Program-made: the position numbers and the translations under genes
Source: Mobula birostris
Lineage: Eukaryota
Direction of reading: 5' to 3'
DNA: 64,000 nt
Assembly: GCF_030028105.1 (NCBI RefSeq)
Contig: NC_092376.1
Location: 92,006,230 to 92,070,229, forward strand
Shown: positions 38,601-50,929 of the stretch, in pieces
Numbering within the stretch: position 1 is the stretch's first letter
Layout: every line of letters begins with the position of its first letter
The notes under the pieces: model-generated
The model's database searches: none
Told to the model about the DNA's origin: nothing
What the model saw: only the letters and a program-made list of their open reading frames with translations

Positions 38601-39380
38601 CTTTCTTGTAAGATTCCACAAACTAAATGATCTCTCAATGTATCATTAAGCCCATCACTGAACTGACGATGTGCAGATAATATCTTCAATTCAGCCATGT
38701 ACACTGAATTTGACTCCCCTTCTTTCTGATCCAGCTAAAGTGTTCTGCATTCAACATTGGTTTTAGTTCTAAATTTTCCTGCATTACTTTCATGATATCA
38801 GTAAATCTCATTTTAGTTGATTTGGTAACAGTATGCTTTCTCATCTGTTACACTCAGCAAAACTGCCAACCATTTCTCATTGGCTATTTCATTTACTTCT
38901 AAATACTGCTTAATTTGTTCAGTATACATCAGCAAGTTATCCATTATGCAATCAAATACATCCCTTTTTCAAATATAGCCAGCTGTTTCTGATCTTTTTT
39001 GTTATTTATGATAATTATCACCCGGTACTCACTGTTTATAAACCTATGAATTGTCTATTTTCTGCCCTTTTTAAAAGTTGAACATCTTGCTGCACCTCAG
39101 CAGGTGGGTAGTCATCTTGGATTTGTTTAAGACATCTTCATTGCCACTGTCATGCTTTGTAACTGCAAAACATAAAACTAAACAAAAGAAAAGCAAGGGC
39201 AGACCTGGATAAACATATGTACTGCATCCTTACTTTAGTGAGATGCACACATATATCCTGGTGGTGTGATGACATTTGCCATATAGCCCATAATGAATTA
39301 TACAAATGACAAAGGATGCTTAATCAAACAATATATTTATAATATTACTCAAATATTACTGAAATATTAAATACACAACA
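35681..39380 (-). mobile_element. Gypsy provirus, internally deleted (integrase core missing); LTRs ~35681-35914 and 39148-39380
   Basis: ATCTC TSD at 35676-80 and 39381-85. PBS remnant tggcaatgaagat on the minus strand. RT LPRIVDTFANLSGGKHFSKVDL. The integrase zinc motif joins directly to the C-terminal tail. Confidence 0.92.
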
Positions 39381-39700
39381 ATCTCCTTTGTCTTGTTGAC
39401 TTTAAGGAAGAGGTTATCTGCTTGGCACCAGGCCTCGAGCTCTTTCACCTCCTCTCTGTAGGCCATGTTATTGTTATTGTTGATGAGCCCCACCACTGTC
39501 GAGTCATCAGCAAACTTGACAACATGATTGCTGAGGTGTTTGGCAGTGTGGTTGTGTGTGAGCAGAGTGTACAGCAGTGGACTCAGGACACATTCCTGGG
39601 GAACTCGTGTTGAGGATGATGGAGAGAGAGGAGCAGTTGTGCACCCTGACTATCTGAGGTCAGTTGTCCCACACCCATTTGCACAGTCTGTATTTAGACA
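39381..39700 (-). mobile_element. L2 LINE, 5' part (RT core)
   Basis: PQECVLSPLLYTLLTH..VKFADDSTVVGLI..NLFLKVNKTKE. Confidence 0.88.
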
Positions 39701-39799
39701 GTGGTGTATTCTGCAGCAAATAGGCTATAAATAGTTAAAACTTAAACATACTGTGAACATTATATCTCAGCATCAAAATGAAGGAACTTCAACTGTTAA

Positions 39800-40432
39800 T
39801 TTAACAGAGTAAACCTATCCACATCAGTGGTGCTGAGGTTGACAGTTTCAAGTTCCCAGACATCACCAGTAGCCTGTCCTGATCCAACCACGTTGATGCC
39901 ATGGACAGGAAAGCTCACCTGCCTCTGTTTTCTCCGGAGGTTGAAGAAATTTGGCAGGTCCACATCAATCCTTACCAATTGTTAATGATGCACCATAGAA
40001 AGCATTCTATCTGGATGCAGAATAGCTTGGTATGGAAACTGCTCTGCATGTGATTACGATAAAGTGCAGAGAGTTGTGGACACAGCTTAGCACTTCATGG
40101 AAACCTGCCTCCCCTCTATGGACTTTATCTATACTTCTCACTTCCTTGGTAAAGCAGCTAGCATAAATGAAGACCCCACACTCCCTGGACAATCTCTCTT
40201 CTTTTTTTTCATCGGGCAGGAGACACGAAAAACTGAAAACGCATACCACCAGGCTCAAGGACAGCTTCTACCCCAGTGTTATCGGACTCTTGTTTATGAT
40301 AAAATGGACTCTTAGCTTCACAACATGCCATAATATGATCTTATACTTGATTGTTACCTGCACTGCACTGTTTTGGTAGCTTGGTTCTGCACTGTTAAAG
40401 TTTTAGCTTCTTCTATCCCAATGCACTGTGCA
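39800..40432 (+). mobile_element. L2-like LINE 3' fragment
   Basis: FLRRLKKFG and GRRHEKLKTHTTRLKDSFYPSVI. Confidence 0.8.
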
Positions 40433-41152
40433 ATTACAGCAGATTTCGATTAATTGGGCTATCAGTTAATCAGGACAGCCACTTATTTGGGACAAATCTT
40501 AAATAAGAAAAGCTAATTGGGGAAATAGCCAGGATTTCCTTCGTTTACTTAGGACACTATGCCACTTAATTGGGACAGAAAACCATTGCCAAACAGTTTC
40601 TAACTGTTGTCGGTCATGAACTTCTGTGGTCATTAGACATAGCACCATGCTTAGAGCGTGCTGTTTTAAACAACACCAGTTGCATGTGTTTATGTTCAAA
40701 AAACAGTGATTTTTGTCACTGATAGTTGGCGAGAAATAAGCAATAAGACAGTTCAGAACAGTTTTACTCACTGCGGTTTCAAGCATTCAGACTGGGAGAT
40801 GCCAGAAACCTAAGGGAGTGTAAATGAAATGATTCCACTACTTCAAAAAGTAAGAAACTATGAAGAATTTGAAGGTATTAGCAATGGACTTGAATGTTAC
40901 AATGAAAATGACAACTTGGAGGATGTAATTGTTGAAAGCATAGTTTGAAGTCAGTTCTTTATGTGTACTAGGTGTCTGCGCTGATTTTGATCATTTAGCC
41001 AATCAAAAAATAACTGGGTGACTTCCTCTATTGATAACTATAAGGAATGAATACACAGTTTTATAGTACTGTAGTAGTATAGGTACTAATTTGTCCTGTA
41101 TTTCATTTAAATACATAATTTATTACTCTGTTAAATGGTACATTGTCTTTCT

Positions 41153-43049
41153 TTTTTTTTGGACAAGGAATTCACAAGTATCATGATCTTTTTTCACATG
41201 TATAACCTTTTCCAGTTTTTTATATATGTACAAATCTATAATTATTTATACATTCCTAAGTACACATTGAGATGATATAAAAAATAATTAGGCACTTAAA
41301 TAGATAATTATGTGCAGTTGTAATTCTACTCTATTAGGCTAAGTAATGATATTAGTTGCTAAGAAAAATAGTAATAATAGTGGATTAATAATAATTTCCA
41401 TATATCTCTTCTGGATCATTTCTTTCTGGTCCAAAATATTGTTTGTAAGCCTATGTAACTACCATTGTAGGTGTTTACATCCTAACTCATTCATGTTTGC
41501 TCCTACCCCCAAACATAATTATCAAATCCCTATGTACTTATTTTATCATTTTTTTCCCTTTCCCAAATCTTTTCCTTTACTTGTGTTAATTCTCCGTTTT
41601 CCAAAAAAAGAAAAAAAAACAGTAAACATTTGGACCAAGGGTGCTTACGTTAGCAATATTACTGTGTTGATGAGGAGAGCAGTATAAATCATTAGGAGAG
41701 TCATCTAAAGTCTGCTCGCTTTGGGGTTATATATTCAATCCATTTATTCCAAATTTGATAATTTTTTTCTTTTTGAATTATCTGTTGACTTATCAAAAGT
41801 AGAATTAGAATTTTTTGAGATTCTGATTTGGCTTACAGTTCAATACCAAGTAAATCCGTTTCTCGATTATATAATGCACTCTCCCATGCTAAAAATGTAA
41901 ACACCTTGTATATTAAAGAGAAGTGGGAGAAAGGAGCGAAGTTGGCATTCATTTCTAGAGGAATAGAGTATAGGAGCAGGGATGTGATGTTGAGGCTCAA
42001 TAAGGCGCTGGTGAGACCTCACTTGGAGTACTGTGGGCAGTTTTGGTCTCCTTATTTAAGAAAGGATGTGCTGACGTTGGAGAGGGTACAGAGAAGATTC
42101 ACTAGAATGATTCCGGGAATGAGAGGGTTAACATATGAGGAACGTTTGTCTGCTCTTGGACTGTATTCCTTGGAGTTTAGAAGAATGAGGGGAGACATCA
42201 TAGAAACATTTTGAATGTTAAAAGGTATGGACAGAGTGGATGTGGCAAAGTTGTTTCCCATGATGGGGGAGTCTAGTGCGAGAGGGCATGACTTAAGGAT
42301 TGAAGGGCGCCCATTCAGAACAGAAATGCGAAGAAATTTTTTTAGCCAGAGGGTGGTGAATCTATGGAATTTGTTGCCACGGGCAGCAGTGAAGGCCAAG
42401 TCATTGGGTGTATTTAAGGCAGAGATTGATAGGTATTTGAGTAGCCAGGGCATCAAAGGTTATGCTGAGAAGGCGGGGGAGTGGGACTAAATAGGAGAAT
42501 GGATCAGCTCATGATAAAATGGCGGAGCAGACTCGATGGGCCAAATGACCTACTTCTGCTCCTTTGTCTTATGGTCTTATGGCCTTATGGTACTTTCAGA
42601 GGAGGCTTGGGGGAAAATATGCAGCTTTCAGTGGTCTTTGACTAACTCTTTGACTTGGAGAGAACGTTGTTGGAAAAATATTACAAGATGCTTCAAGACC
42701 TCATATCAGGAAAAATATAAAGACACAAACGTGAAGTGTTGGAGAAGGTGCGGCTCCAAGGAGGCAAATCATTTCCATATTTTCTGGATTGCCCTAAATT
42801 AAGTTTATATTGGAAAAGTATTCATAGAACATTAGTTCAGGTACTTAAGACCCAGATATCTCTGAACTTTGAGACGCTCTATTTGGGGTATGTATTGCTT
42901 TTTGAACAGAAGAAAGATATAAAGTTGCTGCAGGCCCTTTTAGCAGCAAGTAAGAAATCAATCACTAGAAAGTGGCTAATTCCAATACCACCTACATTAG
43001 AAGATTGGCACGAAATTATCTTGGAAATATTTAAAATGGAAAAGATGAT
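41153..43049 (-). mobile_element. L1-clade LINE insertion with 5' inversion and 11-bp TSD
   Basis: TSD attgtctttct at 41142-52 and 43050-60. Poly(T) at 41153. The minus part (to ~41780) ends ORF2 with QIWNKWIEYITPKRADFR*. The plus part carries CWRRCGSKEANHFHIFWDCPKL and AASKKSITRKW. Confidence 0.9.
41942..42589 (+). mobile_element. Young CR1 3' fragment nested in the L1
   Basis: LAFISRGIEYRSRDVML..., tail cttatggtcttatggccttatgg. The L1 frame rejoins as GAKL|VLSEE. Confidence 0.93.
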
Positions 43050-43671
43050 ATTGTCTTTCTGATACCTTCCTAACTATTTCCATGAAACTTCAGCTGATCA
43101 GGAAAGTTGATTAACTGGGCTAAAATGTACAGGTCTCGATGTTTGCCAATTAACCGGAATCTCCTGAATTTGATCTGTATGCACAGTATGTAAGGCAGGT
43201 TTTTCATTTTGACAGCAATAAGCCAATACAACACAATAAAATACAATGCAGTATGATTGTAAATTTCTTCAGTGGAATCTTGGCACTTATATATGCTCTT
43301 AAGTACATCAGGAATACTCTGTAGCAACTTCAAGTGAGAAAACCAGACATTATATTCTGGCAAAAGTTCATAAAAAGTACACATAGTATCAAGTACCATT
43401 GATGCCGCACTGGTATGATAATAAGAAATGTAGTTGTAAAATAAGTAAGATCAAAGTTGCAAGGGAAGAGGATGGCACAAAAGGGCTCTTTCGTAATAAG
43501 CACCTTCCAGTTGATTATGGTTGTTATCTTGGACATTTCAGCAAATATTCAACCTCATTTAAATGTCATGGTAGTGGAACTGGGCTAAACTTGGAATTTT
43601 ATGAAGTCATCATGGCATAGAAGCAAGTCCTTAAACCACTTCATCTATGCTAATCAAGTTGCCTTCCCGAG

Positions 43672-44833
43672 TGTAACAGTGAATCGGGTTCACGGGTTTG
43701 GCGAGTGAAGCAGAGCACACTGACTATGAATAAGTATATTATTCATTTATTTACAAACAGTAAAATTTCAACCAAATATTCATATTCCCCAAGTTACAGA
43801 AACTACAAAGCTGAATGCTCAACAAAATACTTGACAAAAGGCAAGCATAGAGCATACCTTCTGAATGATTATGTGTACTGCTTGCCTTAAACAAAGGAAG
43901 AGGCAGCAAGCTACTTCCATGTGCCATTTTATACCCGGGATATTTGTTACATCTGACAGCCAAGTTCAGCTCCTGGACTTCTCATGTGGCTTAGCGACTA
44001 AGCCCAGCCGAACTGTTTTCACTGACAGAAGAAGGGCAAAGGCGGGTTACTGGTGCTTTAAAACCAGTCACTTTGAGCAGATGGGGCTCATTAGCCGTGG
44101 TTGGCAGCTCATCTAAGAGAAGGAAAACTCTGGTCTCAAACCTACGCTGTCTTACAGCTATATCCACTCATAGGGAAGGATTTGGGAGAAAACTCCAATG
44201 GAAAAATCTGCAGCTGGAGTCCCTAAGGCAGTCCTACATTGAGTTCAATGCTGACTGGCATCTCCTGTGACACTGCTGGTACCAAACTGTATCAGTCTCT
44301 GCCGTTCCTTTGGGTTTATCAGATGTGTGGAGAGGGGGAGCTTGGCTACATGGGCAACAGTTTGCTCTCTATATGATATTGCCCAGGCTTGTGTATCTGG
44401 ACAGCTGGGATGCAATATCTGTAGTCAGCTCTGACCGACGGAGGCCCTCATTATTATTAGCTAGGGAAAAATTTGCTAAGGAGTTAAAATTAAGATTGGA
44501 CACAATAAATTGTACACAGACTTCGAAGAAGCTGAATGTGGCTCTCTAACAGAGTGATTGCAGGTCTTCCAAAGAGCAATAGCCACGGCCTTTTCTATAC
44601 ATTAATCTTGTGTAACTTATCACATTCCGCAAAATGTGAGAGACATCTGCCAAGAGACTACCTGTCTTTTCCCACAGCTTTTGGTATTTCCACAATTCAC
44701 AGAGAAATGTTGCTGATCCTGTTTATGCAGCCGTGTTATGACCTGTTATCTGAGAGGCTAACACTCATTAAAGGAAGAAATGGGCGTTAGCAACTCAAAT
44801 ATTTTAACCCTTTATTCAGAAATTTCTTCCACA
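43672..44833 (-). mobile_element. ERV 3' LTR containing an RTE-derived insertion
   Basis: Minus strand: PPT aaaaagggggaaat, then TGTGGAAG ... GTTACA. AATAAA lies near the LTR 3' end. Confidence 0.8.
43952..44458 (+). mobile_element. Non-coding RTE-derived (5'UTR + 3' tail) non-autonomous retroposon, copy 1
   Basis: RTE-type 5'UTR motif agaaggaaaactctggtctcaaacc. 3' end ctctgaccgacggaggccctca followed by (TTA)n. Two more copies in the window. Confidence 0.7.
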
Positions 44834-46940
44834 ATTTCCCCCTTTTTGATTGTAATATCAACTTCATAGACCGGTGTCTGCAAAAGAGGCCTCATACCCT
44901 GCGGGCAGAGGTTGCATCTTTAAACACTCTCCTTCATTGTATTTGGGGTCATGTGTGTTGGTGTTAACATGAGCAAACGTAGAAACAGGGTAGGATTGCA
45001 TAGGTGAATTGGGTAGCCAGAACACCAACTATTATTATTGCAGTAGTAAGTACAGAATGTACCAGTGTTCCTCACCAACCACCAACGATGACTCGAAGGA
45101 CCCCCAGCCCACAGGAAGGTAATAGATATGGAATTCTCCACTGATCTTTCGTATCTGTTTTACACTTTTCTGGAAATGGTTGGCCATGTGGGTTATGTTT
45201 TCAGATTCATCAGGAGTATAGGTACAACATTCCTGCCCTATAACAGCACATGTTCCTTCTTTCTCAGCTAAAATAAAATCTGAGGCCATCCGTTTTGCAG
45301 GTCCACAGATCAAATGGCTGTTTTCTCAACAGTTAAGCCTTTAATCTGCCCTTGTGTATCCTCTAAGGCTGAGGGAGTGTCATTAGCTAATTTCTCAAGA
45401 GCTGAGGCCATATTAATCAGGTCCCATGTCATTTTCTGTGTCCCATAATAAGGGAACGCTATTATCCAGAATCTTTCTGTGTTTGAAATCACCCTTTTCT
45501 TTCACAAGAGGGTAAGTGACGTTAGTTCATGAGAATAGCGTACCATAGGTGCCACAAATCCAGGGTGACAACATCTGTTCCAGTTAGAAAGGTAGCCAGG
45601 GTAAGCTCGATTCCTACAGTTCCAGTATGCGCCACTTAGTACCCATGGAGATATTTCAGACAATACACATCAAAGTTGCTGGTGAACGCAGCAGGCCAGG
45701 CAGCATCTCTAGGAAGAGGTACAGTCGACGATTCAGGCCGAGACCCTTTGTCAGGATTGTTGCTTGAATTTCCAGCATCTGCAGAATTCCTGTTGTTTGA
45801 GATATTTCAGAAGTGCTATGACCACCCCATCATATTCTAGTTTTCTCTCTACACCTACTCATTCCCATTAATCGAGCTGACTGATTTGTCTGGCACCAGC
45901 TGTCCAGGAAGCTACATGCAATCTTGGCATGCTAGGGTTTGCTGAATTATAGTTAGGTGTGTGCCATCCCCTGAAGAAATTACTCCCAGAAATTGATAAC
46001 CATTCAGATTTATTAACACGTATTTTGTCTGCTTGCTTTGTTATACATTCTTTCCCTTCAACTAACAGCAGGCTGCTAAAGCCCTGGATATATCCTGGTT
46101 ATTTCCTTTTCATTGGAGGCATACCTCACCCCTGCCTGCATGTGTAGGAATCCCCGTACACACCCAACAACTTGGCATATTGGTCCCCCGAGTAGCATAC
46201 TGATAAGCTAAGCCTTAATAAACAGGCAAATCTACATGCGAAAGCAATGAGGCAAGTATCGTGAGCCTCTTCAGTTTTCTTCAGTCTTCCTTCCTTTCCA
46301 GTGCACTATCGGACTCCGGAGGTTAGCAGCACTTTCACCTAGGAGCGACAGAGTCTTTTTCTAGTGATTGAATGTATACATAATCACCTGGTGTAAATGT
46401 ATATGTATTTCCCACCCCCGGTTTGGGTAGGGCTGCAGTTACTTATCCTTGATTCATTCTAATAACGTCATGTAGAGCATTTACTATTTCTAGGGTTTTC
46501 TGATCAGTTGTATCAATGCTGTTTGGGCACTTGTCGGGGGTCGGGTGTTGGGTTTAGGATCAATGGGCATAGGTCTTCCCATCAATACTTCAAAAGGGGT
46601 TCGTTTGGTGATCCTGTTAACATGATTTCTCAAGGCATACAGAGCGACTCAGGCCATTTCAATGCAGCCCCTTGGCATACTGTGGCCAGAGTGTCTTTCA
46701 GGATTCCATTCGTCTTCTTCTCTGTCCCCAATCATTGTGGTTGGTAGGGCACATGCCACTTCCAGGACAATACCAGGGCGTGTCCCAATGCTTCAGTTAA
46801 ATTCCCCATAAAGTAAGTTCTTCTAGCATTATTAAACTTTCAAGGAGTCCCAAATCAGGGAATGATCTCCTTCATCAATAATTCAACTACTGTCCAAGTG
46901 TCATCTTTTTGTGTGGGAAAGGCCTTTCTCCATTTGGAAA
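44834..46940 (-). mobile_element. Class I (gamma/epsilon-like) endogenous retrovirus: integrase core + env, pseudogenised
   Basis: Env TM: RMASDFILAEKEGTCAVIGQECCTY (ISD + CX6CC), fusion-peptide region ISNTERFWIIAFPYYG. Integrase: AFPTQKDD..LMKEIIP.FGTP..WKWHVPYQPQ..NGILKDTL. Confidence 0.88.
45661..45798. mobile_element. Short Penelope-derived insertion in env with 13-bp TSD
   Basis: gagatatttcaga at 45648-60 and 45799-811. Minus-strand decayed hammerhead cctgacaaagggtctcggcctgaatcgtcgac. Confidence 0.8.
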
Positions 46941-46941
46941 A

Positions 46942-47258
46942 CATGTCTATCCCTCCTGAATATTGAATATCCCTGAATGTTGAGCTCCCATCCTTGGTCA
47001 CCCTGGAGCCATGTCTCTGTGATCCCAACTATATCATATTCATTAATAACAATCTGCACTTTTAATTCATCCACCTTGTTACGAATGCTCGTTGCATTGA
47101 CACACAAAGCCTTCAGGCTTGCTTTTACAACACTCTTAGCCCTCATACAATTATGTTGAAAAGTGGCCCTTTTTGATTTTTGCCCTGGATTTGCCGGCCT
47201 GCCACTTTTACTTTTCACCTTACTACTTTTTGCTCATTACTCATTTTACACCCCTCTG
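46942..47258 (-). mobile_element. CR1 ORF2 5' (endonuclease start) fragment truncating the ERV
   Basis: LKALCVNATSIRNKVDEL..VGITETWLQG..YSIFRRDR. Confidence 0.88.
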
Positions 47259-47652
47259 TTGTAATTGGGGACAAGGAAATGGCGGATGAACTGAATAAGT
47301 ATTTTGCATCAGTCTACACTGCAGAAGACACTAGCAGTGCGCCAGAAGTTTGAAAGTGTCGGGGGCAGAGGTGAGTGCAATTGCCATTACTAAGGAGAAG
47401 ATGCTTGAGAAGCTGAAAGGTCTGAAGGTAGTTAAGTCATCTGATTCAGATGGACTACATGCACGGTTCTAAAAAAGGTGGCTGAAGAGATTGTGGAGGC
47501 ATTAGTAATCAGGTTTCAAGAACTATTAGATTCTTACATGGTTCGGAGGACTGGAAAGTTACAGATTGCACTCCACTCTTCAAGAAGGGAAGGAGGCAGA
47601 AGAAAGAAATTGATAGGCTTGTTAACTTGACATCAGTGGTTGGGATGTTGGG
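47259..47652 (+). mobile_element. Older CR1 RT fragment, continued at ~50498-50922 after the nested young CR1
   Basis: EMADELNKYFASV..PLFKKG.. sequence resumes after 50497 as ttggagttgattgttaaggatgag. Confidence 0.75.
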
Positions 47653-47674
47653 ATTACAAATTGGGATTCCACGT

Positions 47675-50497
47675 GGATTGACATGTGGTATTATGACGTT
47701 GTAGCAATTAGTGAAACTTGACGGCAGGAGGGGCAGGACTGGCAGCTTAATATTCCAGTGTTCCGATGTTTCAGATGCGATCGAGGCAGAGGAATGAAAG
47801 GTGGGGGAGTAGCATTGCCTGTTAGGGAAAATATTACAGCAGTGCTCAGGCAGGACAGATTAGAGAGCTTGTCTACTGAGTCCTTATGGGTGGAGCTGAG
47901 AAACAGGAAAGGTATGGCCACATTAGTGGGATTGTATTACAGACCACCCAATAGTCAACGAGACTTGGAAGAGCAAATCTGCAGAGAGATAGCAGGCAAC
48001 TGCAGGAAACATAAAGTTGTGATGGTAGGGGATTTTAATTTTCCATACATTGATTGGGACTCCCATACTGTTATGGGTCTAGATGGTTTACAGTTTGTAA
48101 AATGTGTTCAGGAAAGTTTTCTAAATCAATATTCAGAGGGACCAACTAGAGAGGATGCAATATTGGATCTCCTGTTCGGAAACAAGTTAGGACAAGTGAC
48201 GGAGGTGTGTGTAGGGGAGCACTTTGGTTCCAGTGGTCATAACACCACTAGTTTCAATTTGATCATGGACAAGGATAGATCTCGTCCTAGGGTTGAGGTT
48301 CTGAACTGGAAGAAGGCCAAATTTGAAGAAATGAGAAAGGATCTAAAAAGCGTGGATTGGGACAGGTTGTTCTCTGGCAAAGATGTGATCAGTAGGTGGG
48401 AAGCCTTCAAAGGAGAAATTTTGAGAGTGCAGAATTTGTATGTTCCTGTCAGGATTAAAGGCAAAGTGAATAGGAATAAGGAACCTTGGTTCTCAAGGGT
48501 TATTGCAACTCTGATAAAGAAGAAGAGGGAGTTTATGAAATGTATAGGAAACAGGGAGTAAATCATGTGCTTGAAGAGTATAAGAAGTGCAAGAAAATAC
48601 TTAAGAAAGTAATCAGGAGGGCTAAAAGAAGACATGAGGTTGCCTTGGCAGTCAAAGTGAAGGATAATGCAAAGAGCTTTTACAGGTATATTAAGAGCAG
48701 AAAGATTGTAAGGGATAAAATTGGTCCTCTTGAAGATCAGAGTGGTCGGCTATGTGCAGAACCAAAGGAAATGGGGGAGATCTTAAGTAGGTTTTTTGCG
48801 TCTGTATTTACTAAGAAAACTGGCATGAAGTCTATGGAATTGAGGGAATCAAGCAGTGAGATCATGGAAACTGTACAGATTGAAAAGGAGGAGGTGCTTG
48901 CTGTCTTGAGGAAAATTAAAGTGGATAAATCCCTGGGACCTGACAGAGTGTTCCCTCGGACCTTGAAGGAGACTAGTGTTGAAATTGCGGGGGCCCTGGC
49001 AGAAATATTTAAAATGTCGCTGTCTACGGGTGAGGTGCCGGAGGATTGGAGAGTGGCTCATGTTGTTCCATTGTTTAAAAAAGGATCAAAAAGTAATCCG
49101 GGAAATTATAGGCCGGTGAGTTTAACTTCGGTAGTGGGTAAGTTATTGGAGGGAGTACTAAGAGACAGAATCTACAAGTATTTGGATAGACAGGGACTTA
49201 TTAGGGAGAGTCAACATGGCTTTGTGCGTGGTAGGTCATGTTTGACCAATCTATTGGAGTTTTTCGAGGAGGTTACCAGGAAAGTGGATGAAGGGAAGGC
49301 AGTGGATATTGTCTACATGGATTTCAGTAAGGCCTTTGACAAGGTCCCGCATGGGAGATTAGTTAGGAAAATTCAGTGGCTAGGTATACATGGAGAGGTG
49401 GTAAATTGGATTAGACATTGGCTCAATGGAAGAAGCCAGAGAGTGGTGGTAGAGAATTGCTTCTCTGAGTGGAGGCCTGTGACTAGTGGTGTGCCACAGG
49501 GATCAGTGCTGGGTCCATTGTTATTTGTCATCTATATCAATGATCTGGATGATAATGTGGTAAATTGGATCAGCAAATTTGCTGATGATACAAAAATTGG
49601 AGGTGTAGTAGACAGTGAGGAAGGTTTTCAGAGCCTGCAGAGGGACTTGGACCAGCTGGAAAAATGGACTGAAAAATGGCAGATGGAGTTTAATACAGAC
49701 AAGTGTGAGGTATTGCATGTTGGAAGGACAAACCAAGGTAGAACATACAGGGTTAATGGTAAGGCACTGAGGAGTGCAGTAGAACAGATGGATCTGGGAA
49801 TACAGATACAAAATTCCCTAAAAGTGGCATCACAAGTAGATAGGGTCATAAAGAGAGCTTTTGGTACATTGGCCTTTATTAATCAAAGTATTGAGTATAA
49901 GAGCTGGAACGTTATGATGAGGTTGTATTAGGCATTTCTGTGCTGTAGTTTCTGGAGTATTGTGTTCAGTTTTGGTCACCAAATTACAGGAAGGATACAA
50001 ATAAGGTTGAAAGAGTGCAGAGAAGGATTACAAGGATGTTGCCAGGACTTGAGAAACTCAGTTACAGAGAAAGGTTGAATAGGTTAGAACTTTATTCCCT
50101 GGAGCGTAGAAGAATGAGGAGAGATTTGATAGAGGTATATAAAATTATGATGGGTATAGATAGAGTGAATGCAAGCAGGCTTTTTCCACTGAGGTAAGGG
50201 GAGAAAAAAACCAGAGGACATGGGTTAAGGGTGAGGGGGGAAAAGTTTAAAGGGGACATTAGGGGGGGGCTTCTTCACACAGAGAGTGGTGGGAGTATGG
50301 AATGAGCTGCCAGACGAGGTGGTAAATGCGGGTTCTTTTTTAACATTTAAGAATAAATTGGACAGATACATGGATGGGAGGTGTATGGAAAGATATGGTC
50401 CGTGTGCAGGTCAGTGGGACTAGGCAGAAAATGGTTCGGCACAGCCAAGAAGGGCCAAAAGGCCTGTTTCTGTGCTGTAGTTTCTATGGTTTCTATG
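47675..50497 (+). mobile_element. Young CR1 LINE ORF2 (endonuclease + RT) with 3' UTR; sister of 4316-6263
   Basis: [36 protein letters not shown]. Near-identical to the 4.3-6.2 kb copy. Frameshift near 48540 and stop at 49929. Confidence 0.97.
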
Positions 50498-50929
50498 TTG
50501 TTGGAGTTGATTGTTAAGGATGAGATTTTGGAATTTTTGGAGGCACGTGATAAAACAGGCTGTGGGTGACTGGTGGTGTGCTACAGGGGCTGGTATTGGA
50601 ACTGCTTGTTTTCAATCGTATGTCAATAATTTGAATGAAAGAGTTGATGGCTTTGTGGCCAAGTCTTTTAGATGATATAAAGATAGGTTTAGGGACAGGT
50701 AGTATTCAGGAGAGAGGAAGGCTGCAGAAGGACTTAAACAGATTAGGAGAATGGGCAATGATGTGACAGATGGAATACAGTGCCGGGAAGTGTATGGTCA
50801 TGCACTTTGATAGAAGGAATAAAAATGTGGACTACTTTGATAACTATATTTTAGGGAGAAAATTCAAAAATCCCAAGTGCAAAGAGACTTGTAAGCCCTC
50901 GTGCAGGATTCCCTAAAGGTGGTCAATCA

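Larger units (their letters stand above)
40437..43166 (+). mobile_element. Tigger/pogo-like non-autonomous transposon interrupted by an L1
   Basis: TA + cagcagatttcgattaattgg at the left end and ccaattaaccggaatctcctg at the right (imperfect TIRs). Transposase-tail remnant 'FTHCGFKH..VRNYEEFEGI..LECYNENDNLEDVIVE' at ~40760-40950. Confidence 0.8.

Noticed and set aside
43965-44030. HDV-like ribozyme fold in the RTE-derived element
   Set aside because: P2/P3/L3-like segments can be drawn from the combined copies, but I found no convincing P1 or P1.1.
44870-46300. Domesticated syncytin-like env
   Set aside because: It has frameshifts, stops and a Penelope-derived insertion.
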